This document shows positions 1 to 13,149 of a DNA stretch of 56,405 nucleotides, piece after piece. The stretch's first letter is position 1, and each line of letters opens with the position of its first letter. The notes beneath the pieces were generated by a model. That model worked only from the letters and a program-made list of their open reading frames with translations. It ran no database searches and was not told the origin of the DNA. Source of the stretch: Octopus bimaculoides. Its lineage: Eukaryota. The stretch lies in the NCBI RefSeq assembly GCF_001194135.2, contig NC_068993.1:21131420-21187824 (forward strand), read 5' to 3'. A program made the position numbers and the translations under genes.

Positions 1-52
<52 letters not shown>
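1..52. repeat. (AC)n microsatellite
   Basis: Perfect AC dinucleotide run from window start. Confidence 0.99.
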
Positions 53-55
<3 letters not shown>

Positions 56-338
56 TCTGTCTATGAAGTGATTCAAGTGATATCAAGGAAGCTGTCATCT
101 TTTGGGTCCTGCTACTGTCCATCTTGGTGATAGTTAAGATGTCCTTCAGACTAGATCTATGAGAGAGCTTGATTAACCTCTACTTTTTTTTAAGCTCCCG
201 TCCCTGTTCTGTACCTCAGGTAAGAAATCAGGCATCCAAACATAATCTTTATGTAGCAACCCAAAGATGGGCAAAAAAAGTCAAACCAGATGTGTTAGAT
301 ATAATTGTGCACTGCTTCGTGCGCTTCTAGTTAATCTA

Positions 339-518
339 CATATGTATATTATATGTATGTACGTATGTATATAGGTACGTATGTATGTCTGTATGTATGT
401 ATGCTTGTAGGATGTATGTATGTATGTATGTATGTGTGTATGTATGTATGTATGTATGTATGTACGTATGTATGTATGTGTCTGTGTGTGTATGTATATA
501 CGTATGTATGTGTATGTA
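339..518. repeat. (TATG)n / TA-TG compound microsatellite
   Basis: Imperfect tatg/tacg arrays; source of the MYV/HTY low-complexity ORFs at 336-659. Confidence 0.95.
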
Positions 519-1095
519 AGTGGCTATCCACATCGATACAATACCATTGAAAAAAGCCCCTTTCACTCCATCTCTTTCCACTTACTTTTTCCTTTTCTTT
601 CCCTTTCATTCTTGTCCTTCCTGTCTTTCTTTCTCCCTTTCTCTAGAATACAAAATTGACATCTCGAAATGTTATTAACATCAGCCTCCTGTGAAAAAGC
701 AAAAAAAAAAAAAAAGAAAAACCTCAAAAACTACAAGCCATAGACCATCCCTCAATATAGCAATAACAGCACATCACAGAAGAAAAATAGAAAAAGACCC
801 CTTTACTCTCTTTCTCTCATCCTCTTCTTTTTTGTTTCTTTGTTTCTGTTTCCTTTCTTCTCTTTTCTGCTCTTCTTTGTCTCCTCCTTTCTTTCGTCTT
901 TTATTTTTCTCTTTTTCTATATACACACACATAAAGATAACAAAACAAAACAAAACTAAAAACAGATTTGTATAAAAGGCAAAAAAATTTTCTGTGAAAC
1001 TCATACCTGAGGAGTCTCCATGAATGAGGCAAAGGCGTTAATAAAACATTATCCAAGATTCTGACTAACTCCTTTATCTTAATACATGTATATAT

Positions 1096-1800
1096 GATGA
1101 AGTCATCAACCGTCTTCCAAAGGCATTTAATGCATTTGGCAAACTCCTTCAGTGCCTATGGAATGAAGTGGATATCAAACTTGTCCAAGGACACCAAAGT
1201 ACAGGTTTATAAAGCTGCCGTTCTTACTACTCTCTTGTATGGCTCAAAATCGTGGATACCCTATTGAGGACACATTAACTATCTAGACATCTTCCACAAA
1301 GGCTGTCTGAGGACAATCTGTGGTTAGTCATTAAAATAGTTTCTGATGCTGACCTGTTTAGCATGTCTAAGATTGGTGGAATCGAGAGATTCCTCATGCA
1401 GTCACAATTGCGCTCGGCTGGCGGTGTCGTCAGAATGAGAGACGAAAGAGTATCCAAAGTCTTCATGTACAGCCAGCTTGATAGTGGGCACAAGAATGTT
1501 GGTTGACTATAGCTCAGAAATAAGGACAAGCTGAAAAGTAATTTCTTAGAAATGAAAATAGTTCACAACACTTTTGAACAAACAGCCTTGGAGCGAACAA
1601 AATTGATATCATTGTGTTAAAATGGTATTAGAAACTTTGTTGCAACTAGCATTAACAGGCTTCGGGGTGCAAGACAGAAGAGAAAAATGGCTGCAAATAT
1701 ACCACCTGCACTGACCTGTAATCTTTATATTTGCAGAATCCATTGGTTTTCTTGAAAATCGTTGGTGAGACGTAAATATCACATCCAACATAAGCATTAT
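1096..1800 (+). mobile_element. RTE-clade LINE, decayed 3' part of ORF (post-RT region to C-terminal C2H2-like motif)
   Basis: Manual translation across stops/frameshifts gives DEVINRLPKAFNAFGKL...TKVQVYKAAVLTTLLYGSKSW..Y..HINYLDIFHKGCLRTI...QLRSAGGVVRMRDERVSKVFMYSQL. This matches the RTE/BovB-type consensus DEV..RI.KA..AFG.L..TK..VY.A.VL..LLYG.E.W..QLRW.GHV.RM...R.PK...Y.EL. Confidence 0.9.
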
Positions 1801-1809
1801 GACTGACAA

Positions 1810-2053
1810 AAAAAGAGTAGGTGGTCGGTTCCTCACACGTAGACACCGACGGGAAATGGTTCGGGGACAAACACACACACGCACACACACATGCCACGAG
1901 CGTCTTCCAGTTTCCGTCTACCAAAACCTCTCACAAGGCTTTGGTCGGCCCGAGGCTATAGTAGAAGAGACTTGCCCAAGATGCCATGCAGTGGGACTGA
2001 ACCCGGAACCATGTGGTTGATAAGCAAGCTACTTACCACGTAGCCACTCCTGC
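1810..2053 (-). mobile_element. tRNA-headed SINE, family A (5' half plus internal (GT)n)
   Basis: Reverse strand reads gcaggagtggctacgtggtaagtagc...ggttccgggttcagtcccactgc (A/B-box-like head) ...ttgggcaagt...cctcgggccgaccaaagccttgtgag...tggtagacggaaactg; same sequence as the 39596-39756 and 44616 copies. Confidence 0.9.
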
Positions 2054-2696
2054 ATATATGCATGCATGTATGTATATACAGTGATCACCGTGTAGCTTAT
2101 ACTAAATCAAAGCGGACTGGATAGAAAATAGAGAGACCTGTTCAGTTTAGACATGCTCATGGACTAAAGCTGCCGTTTAGATTAGGAGTTTGCACTTTTA
2201 ATAACGTATTCTCACACATATAATTGAACGAATAATAATAATGTCTTTCGTAACAGTCAGTAGATGTGACAGTCTTATGTTCTGTTGTACATATGAATGC
2301 ATATTATTTGGGTACCAGGGTAGAAAATGCAGAAATCTTTTTACCATCATTCCAAATGTTTTAGGTATTAGGTAAAATGATCTATATACTTGATTTTCTG
2401 TGATTTCAGCTTGCAGTCAATGACTATAACAAATATGTCTTCAGCGGAATGTCTTCGAATATTAGTAATTCTACTAATTATCGTTTATATCTACTGGTTA
2501 TATTGTTTTGCTTTAAAGTTATGTGTGGAGAACATTTACGGAAATTAGCTCCATTAGACAATAAAGCTAAGCGTATATCGAGGATTTGATAATATGCGTT
2601 TGACTGGCGACATACATTTTTTCTACCGGAGAGGAGAGATATACGATAATAAAAGACTTGGGAAAGAGTCAAAAAGTGGGAGAAAAGGGAAAAGAT

Positions 2697-2699
<3 letters not shown>

Positions 2700-2776
<77 letters not shown>

Positions 2777-3311
2777 NNNNNNNNNNNNNNNNNNNNNNNN
2801 NNNNNNNNNNNNNNNNNNNNNNNNNNNNNNNNNNNNNNNNNNNNNNNNNNNNNNNNNNNNNNNNNNNNNNNNNNNNNNNNNNNNNNNNNNNNNNNNNNNN
2901 NNNNNNNNNNNNNNNNNNNNNNNNNNNNNNNNNNNNNNNNNNNNNNNNNNNNNNNNNNNNNNNNNNNNNNNNNNNNNNNNNNNNNNNNNNNNNNNNNNNN
3001 NNNNNNNNNNNNNNNNNNNNNNNNNNNNNNNNNNNNNNNNNNNNNNNNNNNNNNNNNNNNNNNNNNNNNNNNNNNNNNNNNNNNNNNNNNNNNNNNNNNN
3101 NNNNNNNNNNNNNNNNNNNNNNNNNNNNNNNNNNNNNNNNNNNNNNNNNNNNNNNNNNNNNNNNNNNNNNNNNNNNNNNNNNNNNNNNNNNNNNNNNNNN
3201 NNNNNNNNNNNNNNNNNNNNNNNNNNNNNNNNNNNNNNNNNNNNNNNNNNNNNNNNNNNNNNNNNNNNNNNNNNNNNNNNNNNNNNNNNNNNNNNNNNNN
3301 NNTGTGTGTGT

Positions 3312-3344
<33 letters not shown>
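2700..3344. other. Assembly gap bounded by (AG)n and (TG)n microsatellites (representative of most of the N-runs in the window)
   Basis: N-run 2777-3302 with perfect dinucleotide arrays on both sides; same pattern at 6390, 8293, 27217, 37737, 41289, 45106, 54433 and others. Confidence 0.95.
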
Positions 3345-3346
<2 letters not shown>

Positions 3347-6212
3347 TCTATGTGTGTAAATATACTTCCGTAAATACACACGTATATAAATAATCGCAAA
3401 GGCGTGTGTAATAGACCTAAAATTATGTTTTGTAAATATAAAGCAGCCAATTTCAAACAGCCTGACTGAGATAGCATGCGTGGTTCCGATTAAACGAAGC
3501 CAGAGTGAGAATTAATTCCGTGGAGATCATGATCTTTCCATTACAGAAAGGTTAAAAAAGGCTTCCTATGTAGAATTAATTAATTCATATAGTCTGTGGT
3601 GTATTATATAATTCCCCGCGCACTGATTGCCAATTAAGCTATATCCCCATATGAATTATAGTGCATATTGAATTATTACGGATATTGACGGATTTATAAG
3701 CAAGCAGGCTGCTTCTAGACTGAGAGGTGCGCAACTGTTTACAGGTCACGATATTTCGTTGTTGGATCTGTATAATCATTAGAGAGTGTCTAGAGTGCAA
3801 AGCTAGAAATAATTTATTATGTATGAATGGTCAGTCTAAAAAATCAACACGAAAAAAAAAACAGTATATAATTTATTAAATAAAGAGAACGTAATATATT
3901 TCGTTAATATCAGATTTCTCAAGAAAAGACAAAACTAACAATAGATCAAATATTCAGACTGAAGATGAGACAAAATCTCTTTTAAAATACATTCGGAGAA
4001 ATGAGATTCATGATCATCCACCGAAATGGGGCTTGTTTATAATTCGAGTGCTTCGTGGGGCAATAAAATTCTCTCTGCATCATACACCTGCTTTTTGTGA
4101 AACATTCAACGACACAGGCAATGCAGTTATATTGATAATTCTGGAGAAACGCTATTGTCTCAACACCATATCACTCCCTCCTTTAAAAATATAGGGTATT
4201 ATTTTTTTGTTACAAAAACATCGAAAATATGCTCTGAGGAGACGAGAGTCAGAGTCAGTTAGATTTTTGTTAGCTGGATAATTCGATTCGACTTTGGTTA
4301 TCGGTTGACAATATTTTACTGAGAGGTAATTAGAGCTAACAATGCTACGGTAGATACCACGAGATAATCTTAGATTGGTTTTCGAACAAAATGCACTCTC
4401 GTTTATATGGTTAGCTTTAATACCGAGAGATAATATTTAGCCCCGCTTTAAGACCAAAAGGTAATATCTATCCCACATTTATTAATACTCCATTTGTACT
4501 AACTATTTTACTATAGATCTGCGGTTAATATTCTCGAAAAAGCAATGTTTGCTACAACGTTCCATTTCTCTCCTCTTAAATATAGACTTTTGTGTTTAAT
4601 AGAAACCAACAAATACTTTAGAGCATACATTACTCACAGAAATTGCTCGGCGATACAAACCACATGAAAAGACGAACAAAACACTAATTAAGTTAGTGAT
4701 AACTTATTTATCAGAGTGAACATTAGAAACAGTAAATTAGAAACAATTACCTCAGAGAAAAGAGAACTAATATAAATTATTGTCTACCAATCTTATACCA
4801 GTCAACTAGCGTACATTATTGTATCTTTGGCTCTTATATTTCGCTAAACTGGTCTTATAAAACATTCACTGCAATGGTTGCCGTGAAATATGAACCGAAA
4901 ACTAAAGATGTCATTTGAATAAGATAGGCTGTATACACTCTATCGCACCAATTACCTAACATTTAACTTTCCCCATGTCATGAAAAGTTTTGGTATTTTT
5001 AAACGTTCCTTCTCTCTGTGAAAATTATTGCTTACACTAATAGTTCTCCAACGGTGTACTGCAAGTGTACATAATTTCACCGCAGAGATTTAAAAATATA
5101 ATTTCAGGCTTTAGAAATACCGTATAAATGAGTGAGCAGTTTGAAAATATATGTTATGATTCAGTTTTATGCAATTTTGATTAATGAAACTACATAAGTG
5201 ACAATTTTCTCGACACCTTCTAAATTTCTATACGAAGTGAACAACAGTTTTATTTTTCCATCTCCAGTGCGCTACGAAATCAAACAGTATGACAACCACA
5301 TGCATATACTTATACACACATACATGTATAGACACGCATACACTTACACATACAATCGCACAGATACGCACATACAGAGACACTCACATAAATTCATGAA
5401 CATACTCAAACTCCCACATATATATTTCACTATAAATTAAAAAAAAAAATAATGTAACTCACAATTAGATATATGCAACAAAACCACAAAACATTCACAT
5501 TTCAAAATAACAACACACAAAGAACTAAATAAGCATATAAATGAACAGATCAAAAGTAAACTCGTGAACTAGCATAAAATATACGTCACTAGTAATTAAT
5601 AAAATTGTTTGAAACAATTTCACTAATAGCTCTTATTAAAAGTATTTAATTAAGAGATTTGCTGATCGAATAACATGTAATTCTGCACAGACGTTCAAGC
5701 AAAGTTTGAAGAGAGCTAGTTATGATTCTGGTTGACATGGCGTTTCTATATCGAGTGGATTTCGATGCTTAAGGAGAAAGAGAAGAAAGCGTTAAGATCT
5801 ACAGTTCAAGATGCAAATATATATCATTACATATTTTGATTGATGCCGGTTACAAAGTAAATATTTAAATAAACGAACAAAAATGAATTTAAAACACAGT
5901 TTCGTTGACAAAAGAGAACATATATAATCATGAGGTTGAGAAACTAAATTCCAAATTATTCATTCTCAAAAATATTAGTTTTAGACATCATTCATATGTG
6001 TGTGTGCGCGCGCGTGTATGTTCCAAGTCGACAAATTATATCATTATTTTGATGAAAATTGTTCATCGCTCGAAAAATATTGTTCAAGTTTAATACAAGT
6101 TAATAAAATTTAATATGTACTCAATGTATGAAATGTCATTGTTGGGCCCATGGCCCAATGAAGAGCCCTCCACAGGAGCTAGCTTAAAAGACGCCCTATA
6201 TATATATGATTC

Positions 6213-6369
6213 GCCATGATAGATCGCTAGCCACTACACATTCTTTTTCTTTCCTTGTTGCTTTCTGTGTTCCTTTCTGTGGAAGAGTGTAGAAACGTTA
6301 GACTTTTTCACTTCCCGAGCGTTAAACTAATACATCTGTTTGTTGTCTACACCACCTGTGAATTGTTCC
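6213..6369 (+). mobile_element. Short (TA)n-flanked non-autonomous element with degenerate hammerhead motif (copy 1)
   Basis: Colinear with 39376-39562 (gccatgatagatcg...ttcccgagcgt(t/c)aaactaataca...tgttgt(c/t)tacaccacctgt); TA repeats on both sides; ctgtgga-a-gagtgta-gaaacgtt core has lost half of stem II. Confidence 0.8.
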
Positions 6370-6652
6370 AATATATATATATATATATANNNNNNNNNNN
6401 NNNNNNNNNNNNNNNNNNNNNNNNNNNNNNNNNNNNNNNNNNNNNNNNNNNNNNNNNNNNNNNNNNNNNNNNNNNNNNNNNNNNNNNNNNNNNNNNNNNN
6501 NNNNNNNNNNNNNNNNNNNNNNNNNNNNNNNNNNNNNNNNNNNNNNNNNNNNNNNNNNNNNNNNNNNNNNNNNNNNNNNNNNNNNNNNNNNNNNNNNNNN
6601 NNNNNNNNNNNNNNNNNNNNNNNNNNNNNNNNNNNNNNNNNNNNNNNNNNNN

Positions 6653-6684
<32 letters not shown>

Positions 6685-7535
6685 ATTAAATAGCTAGAAA
6701 CATAAATTAAAAGTAACTTAATTAAAAAATAAATAAAAAATTAGAATAAGCAAAACAGCAATGAAATAGCTTAGGGCCATTACATTTACATCCCCCTGCA
6801 TTGGTCACTACTGATGATAAAACTGTTTAACATTGAGAGAAACTATTCAACAAATATGAGGAATTTATATTCTTTTAGAACTTCACTATCATCTCTAAGG
6901 AAACACTTTTGAAGTGAATTTATATCCAATAAGCTGTCAGGATAATTCGAAAACGTACAAAACTTCACCCGCAGAAACGCATTCATACACACGTATACGA
7001 ACTCATGCATACACAGACACGCTCGCGTACGCACGCACATAAACACAAACAGCCTTGGTCTCATAGTCTTCCGATATATGATCCGATGATGCACGGCGTT
7101 CGTTGTGGCACTTGAGCTGATGATAATTAATTTTAGGAGTAATATGTATCTATAATGTAATTAAGACATCAAAAATGTTGTAGAAACCATAAAAATATAA
7201 ATACATTTAAACGCTGTATCCATGTTCGGATAATGTTTTTCTTACACTTAATTACGAAATCTAATAAATGTAATCATTATAAATGAAAGTCTACTGTTGT
7301 GTTCCCTTCCTTACTATCTATGACAACTTGTTTTAGAAGGGCCTCCGTTGAGCCAGTCCTATCAGAAGTCCTTACGTGAATAGCTGTGTGGTTGAAAGGT
7401 TTTCAGTAATGTGGTTCAGTGTTCGATTTCCAGTGTAGTTGCTTGAGTATGCGCCAGCAATTATAGTCTCCGAAAATTATAGCCTCATGAAATTTGATAG
7501 GCAAAACCATGCAGATACCAGTACCAGTACCAGTA

Positions 7536-7610
<75 letters not shown>

Positions 7611-7632
7611 TGAGTATATATGAACGAGTTGG

Positions 7633-7685
7633 CCTTACTGAAGATAGCTACGGACACCAACCGAAAATGGCCGGTCAGTCTAAGG
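7633..7685 (+). ncRNA. Degenerate hammerhead-ribozyme-like motif
   Basis: cctta-CTGAAGA-tagctacggacaccaacc-GAAA-atggccg-GTC-agtctaagg; core boxes and GUC present, stems partly decayed. Confidence 0.35.
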
Positions 7686-7929
7686 GCAATTGCAGCCCCT
7701 ATCAGAGAAAGTTATGTGATTTGTGTCAGCATTGGAGCGTTTTAGTTCCTATTTCTAGCAATGTGGGAGTTATTACACTTTTAGTCACGTTTAGTTGACG
7801 ACTATAATTTTCGATAATGATATACGATATAATGTTGCAAACAACTGTTACAAAGAAAAAACACAAGAAGGCACTACGTTATAACAAGCACACACTACGA
7901 TACCACCTCGTATGCATATATGTATATAT

Positions 7930-7974
<45 letters not shown>

Positions 7975-7976
<2 letters not shown>

Positions 7977-8170
7977 TTTGAGTCTCTGTACCACATACCG
8001 CTTCACAATCGGTGTTGTGTTTACATAGCCGTAACTTGACGGTTCGGCAAGAGACCGATAGAACAAGTGCCAGGCTTAATAAGTTAGTACTTGGGTCGAT
8101 TCGTTCGACTAAAAGTTTTGAAGATGGTGCCCCAGCATGGCTGTAGTCGAATGAAACAAGTAAAAAAAGA
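7975..8170 (+). mobile_element. SINE family A, 3' half following (GT)n
   Basis: cgcttcacaatcggtgttgtgtttac...cggttcggcaagagaccgatagaa...cgactaa...ccagcatggctgtagtc...gaaacaagtaaaa matches 44880-45070. Confidence 0.85.
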
Positions 8171-9054
8171 TGAAAGAAAAATATATACATACACACACAC
8201 ACACGAGCTCACTCGCACACATATATGTGTATATGTGTATGTATATCTATCTATTTATCTTTCTCTCTCTCTCTCTCTCTCTGTATATATATNNNNNNNN
8301 NNNNNNNNNNNNNNNNNNNNNNNNNNNNNNNNNNNNNNNNNNNNNNNNNNNNNNNNNNNNNNNNNNNNNNNNNNNNNNNNNNNNNNNNNNNNNNNNNNNN
8401 NNNNNNNNNNNNNNNNNNNNNNNNNNNNNNNNNNNNNNNNNNNNNNNNNNNNNNNNNNNNNNNNNNNNNNNNNNNNNNNNNNNNNNNNNNNNNNNNNNNN
8501 NNNNNNNNNNNNNNNNNNNNNNNNNNNNNNNNNNNNNNNNNNNNNNNNNNNNNNNNNNNNNNNNNNNNNNNNNNNNNNNNNNNNNNNNNNNNNNNNNNNN
8601 NNNNNNNNNNNNNNNNNNNNNNNNNNNNNNNNNNNNNNNNNNNNNNNNNNNNNNNNNNNNNNNNNNNNNNNNNNNNNNNNNNNNNNNNNNNNNNNNNNNN
8701 NNNNNNNNNNNNNNNNNNNNNNNNNNNNNNNNNNNNNNNNNNNNNNNNNNNNNNNNNNNNNNNNNNNNNNNNNNNNNNNNNNNNNNNNNNNNNNNNNNNN
8801 NNNNNNNNNNNNNNNNNNNNNNNNNNNNNNNNNNNNNNNNNNNNNNNNNNNNNNNNNNNNNNNNNNNNNNNNNNNNNNNNNNNNNNNNNNNNNNNNNNNN
8901 NNNNNNNNNNNNNNNNNNNNNNNNNNNNNNNNNNNNNNNNNNNNNNNNNNNNNNNNNNNNNNNNNNNNNNNNNNNNNNNNNNNNNNNNNNNNNNNNNNNN
9001 NNNNNNNNNNNNNNNNNNNNNNNNNNNNNNNNNNNNATATATATATATACATAC

Positions 9055-9094
<40 letters not shown>

Positions 9095-9992
9095 GGGTGA
9101 GAAAGAATATGAGAGAGAGATGAGAGAGAGAGAGAGGGAGAGAGAGTAAGTGAGAGAGAGTAAGTGAGAGAGAGAGAGAGATGTATGCATTACTGTAAAC
9201 CGTCTCATAAACGATCTTTACATGTGTTATACAAGTACCCCATTCTGGTACTTAAAGACAACATATTTATGTAATACTTGGACTAATGTGATATCTGATT
9301 CGTGCTCAACTTTCTGATGAAAAGATACCTTGTTATTCAATCAAAGTCTAGAGCGTTCAGTCATTACTATTCAACAAATTCTGGTTCACAAGTCAGTTTA
9401 TCTCATCTCTTCGTATCATATTATAACTAGTTTCTGCTTCTATTATTTTATTGCAGTTTCTCCAGAGATCCGCTATGAAACTAATTCTTTCATACAAAAT
9501 CCTTGAACAATTTAGCGATGGACAAAATACGAAAGGTACTGGCAGATTAGGACACGAAATATTGTTGAAATCACATCATAAACTTATGATCAAAGTAATT
9601 TCAGCCTTGATCATGCCACCAATTCATATTTATCTAAGATCATATTATCAAATTTGTGCTTCCGTGTATTAGATGGTCGGATATGATGCAAGAGATATTA
9701 AAGATCTTTCGATAATGTCTAGTCTTGTAAGAAACCCACAATGTTTTGTAGTGAGGAAGCAGCATAATTCATTCATCGGTCCTAGTACTTAACTAATACT
9801 TATTTTATCACTTTCTACCTCAGAAGAATGAAAAAAAAAAAAAGTCATCTTGACGAAATCTCAATTCAGAATATAAACGATCGCAGCATAGAATATTTTA
9901 TGCCTTAAATGTTAAATCATTTTTAAAAACCTCACGTGAAATAGGTTCATAATTCGGTATTATATTTATTATAATTTTCTATCCGCATCTGT

Positions 9993-10306
9993 GAAGGAAC
10001 ATGGCTCGATGGCTAGAGCGTCGGGCTCACAATTATGAACTCGAGAGTTCGATTCCTTGACTGTGTTGTGTTTTTGAGCTATTCCAGCGTACTCAGATTT
10101 AGAAATGAGTTGCGACGTCAGTGGTGCCACGGTGTGTCGGCCTTTGCCTTCCACTTGGACAACATAAGCGGCGTGGATCGGGGAGACAGTTATGCATGGG
10201 CGATTGCTGGTCTTTCCCAAACAGTTTTGCTCAGACTTGTGCCTTGGAAGAGAACTTTCTTGCTGCAGTTCATGGCCATTTTGATTAAAGAGGGCCTTTA
10301 CCCTTT
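9993..10306 (+). mobile_element. tRNA-headed SINE, family D
   Basis: Head atggctcgatggctagagcg (A-box-like) ...gagttcgattcc (B box), followed by a GC-richer body ending gagggcctttacccttt; resembles an octopus SINE from memory. Confidence 0.7.
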
Positions 10307-10459
10307 CCTAATCAGCCATTGGTAAGTAATCTAGGACTTGCGTTATGTCGATCATCCCTTTGACCATCTCGATGCCTCACTTTTATAGTGGAATAACACT
10401 TGACTATTTTGTGAATATATTCTATCTAATTTTGGCATACTGCTAGCGGTTATAAGAGA

Positions 10460-10611
10460 GGAGCGAAGTCGGTTGCATGGACGGTGTTTCGACGTCGAGG
10501 GGATGAAAAGTGAAGTCTACTTTGCTGGAATTTGAACTTAGAATGCAGAGTAGGAAGAAATGCCACTGAACACTTTGTCCGACGCGCTAACCATTCTGCC
10601 AGCTCACCACC
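10460..10611 (-). mobile_element. SINE family B, diverged
   Basis: ggatgaaaagtgaagtctactttgctggaatttgaacttagaa...gcgctaaccattctgccagctcaccacc aligns to the family B copies at 51722-52164. Confidence 0.8.
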
Positions 10612-11488
10612 TTTGTTATTGCGTTGGAGTACACTTATTTGATACTTTGATTGCAGAAATATTCCTTAAACTTTTGTTTCTTAAACTTTTGTTTGTAATA
10701 AATTTTGTTGTAGTCCTTCTGGCTATGATTTATTGTATAACATATTCACAAACATTTTAGATTTTAACAAATATTTCAAAAATAAAAGATTTCGCCTTCG
10801 CAACCCTTTTCAGTTTCATACCACGGGCCATAGGTTGAGATTCATTGGCGTCTTTATTACTGGCTGGCGTTATTATAAATTTATAATAGAGGAATAATAA
10901 ATACATTTAAACAAGCAACACACACCACAGCTTTCTCATTGTTACTAATTCGCTTATATTTATATATTGTCAATGAAATTTATTAAAAGCACTCCTAAAA
11001 CTTCTCCATTTAATTATCAGTTGAATAAATAGGCTTCTGTTAAAGACAATTCTATAGTTTTACAGATATGATATCTATACTCGCATTGAGCTACATCACG
11101 CAACGGAATTGTTTAGCGAATTTTCGTCAGTTTGGACACGCGTTCACAAAACATTTGTCCATCCCATGTACTTTCACTTTTCTTTTCCTCTTTCATAACT
11201 ACTTCAACTCGCTTTCTCTTTGTTCTCGTTATTTCCAGCGCATTTTCTAATTCTCTTTATTTACTTCTTCATATTGTCCCTAAGTCCTATCACACTTTAC
11301 TGTCGTCTCACATTCTCTATACCATTCCTTCTCTCACTTTCTAATCATGTTACTCTCTCTCTCACACACTCTCTCTCACTCATTGTCTCTCTCTCTCTCT
11401 TGGTATATAGGTACATAATACTTTATTTTTCTTTTTTTCCATCACGTTCTTCATTCTATTCATTTACCTTCTATCTTTTCCCCTCATT

Positions 11489-11518
11489 TTTCTTTCTTTC
11501 TTTCTTTCTTTCTTTTTT

Positions 11519-11578
<60 letters not shown>
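11489..11578. repeat. (TTTC)n microsatellite
   Basis: Near-perfect tetranucleotide array. Confidence 0.97.
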
Positions 11579-12570
11579 TAATATATCTGTACAACTGCAC
11601 CATTATCAACACTTGGGTCCATAACTAACATATTTGCTATAACGTTATCAAAGTAATTCGTTGATTTTTATCAGGCAACGTTCTAAAAGCTGTATATTCA
11701 TTCGATTACTCGCATTTATTTTGCCCCAAAATAATTGTACAGAATAGTAAATACGCTGAAGTAAATGCAATCTGGCTTTATGTGAAGAAATTTCACACAT
11801 AGTGACATAAAATAAGTTTTGTGAAAACACTGGGGCCATGAGAAACCTTATAGTGAGAGTATGTGTTAAGCTGCAGCCACTCCTGAAATTTTAAATGCAT
11901 CCTAGATTTCTAATAGGTTCACAAAATATTTATGTCTAAATAGTTGGCAATGTTACTTACTTCCAGCTATTGCATCAAGTTTCTATAGACACTGTAATTT
12001 GAAAAAGATTTCATGAATACTTTTTTCTTTTATATTTTTCTACATGATTATATATTTAGTTGATTTTTATTTTCATATTTAAACATGTTTTAAAATTTGC
12101 AAATAACTTGCAATTTAAGACATCTAGATTTCTTGACGTCTTCAATTTGTTTGTTGTAGTGTAGTTTTTCTTCTGCTAAATTCACAAATGTTTCTACAAT
12201 TTCCTTGGTAATAATTCGAGAATTTTACTTATCATTCATTATCGCTTTGCTTTGATCTTCCCAATTGATCTCACCGACTTCAATAAAAGACAACCACTCA
12301 AAGCTCTCAGAACGACACTAAAGCTAACAGTAAGAGAAACACACTTCCGGCTTGGCATCTGACCAAAATTCTCACTGAAAGCATCTAATTGGTCTTTTCC
12401 AATACTACGATTTTCTCCCTGGGAATACATTTGCCTGTGACTTGGCACTTATAATTAAAGGAAAGAGGTTTGGAAAATCACGCTGGCAGTAGTAGAATGT
12501 TATCTTCTATATGCTTGGGATTAACAGCAACAGCAGGAACAACAAAAACTACAACAACAACAGCAACGCC

Positions 12571-12605
<35 letters not shown>

Positions 12606-12756
12606 TAATAAACTGTAGACGTGTATGGTTGTGATTCTAGAATATTATTAGAACGAATGAAACTGAAATTTAAGGGGAAAATGAGAAGAAAAGAGAAAGG
12701 AAAATGAGGGAGAAATAGAGTAAAAGAAGGCGAGAAAGAATAGAAAATAGAATAAA

Positions 12757-12794
<38 letters not shown>

Positions 12795-12939
12795 TGAGAG
12801 AGAGAGAGAGAGAGAGATAGAGAGAAAGAGGAGAGGAAGAGAAACAAAATGTACAATCATGAAACACAAACAAAAATATATGATATTGAGTGGTGAGAGA
12901 CTTTGTGTGTTCTAACTCCACTGATGGTAAATTTGAACC

Positions 12940-13140
12940 ATGTAAAGACGACAACGACAAAGATGAAAAAGATGATGGTGACGATGACGACAGAAATGAT
13001 GAGGATGATGATGCTGGTGGTGGTTGTGGTGGCGGTGGTGGTGGTGGTAGTGATATTGAGGATGATGATGATGATGACGATGCTTCTGCTGCCTTTGCTG
13101 CTGCTGTTGATAATAACATTGACAATGTGGAGGAGAGTGA
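12940..13140. repeat. Compound trinucleotide array (GAC/GAT/GGT/GCT)
   Basis: In-register triplet repeats; explains the poly-D/G/T/S ORFs at 12670-13201. Confidence 0.9.
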
Positions 13141-13149
13141 CGAGGGGTT

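Noticed and set aside
88-219. Hydrophobic short frame and a cag|gtaaga donor
   Set aside because: Frame closes before the donor; a 25-nt candidate exon cannot be supported.
2478-9208. Long ORFs (230-350 aa) in the ORF track spanning X-runs; same for those at 31329, 32963, 37642, 41044, 50066 and 54240
   Set aside because: They are open only because N-gaps and dinucleotide repeats contain no stop codons.
9457-9672. Strong acceptor followed by an open frame FLQRSAMKLILSYK...
   Set aside because: No recognisable protein and no consistent partner exon.
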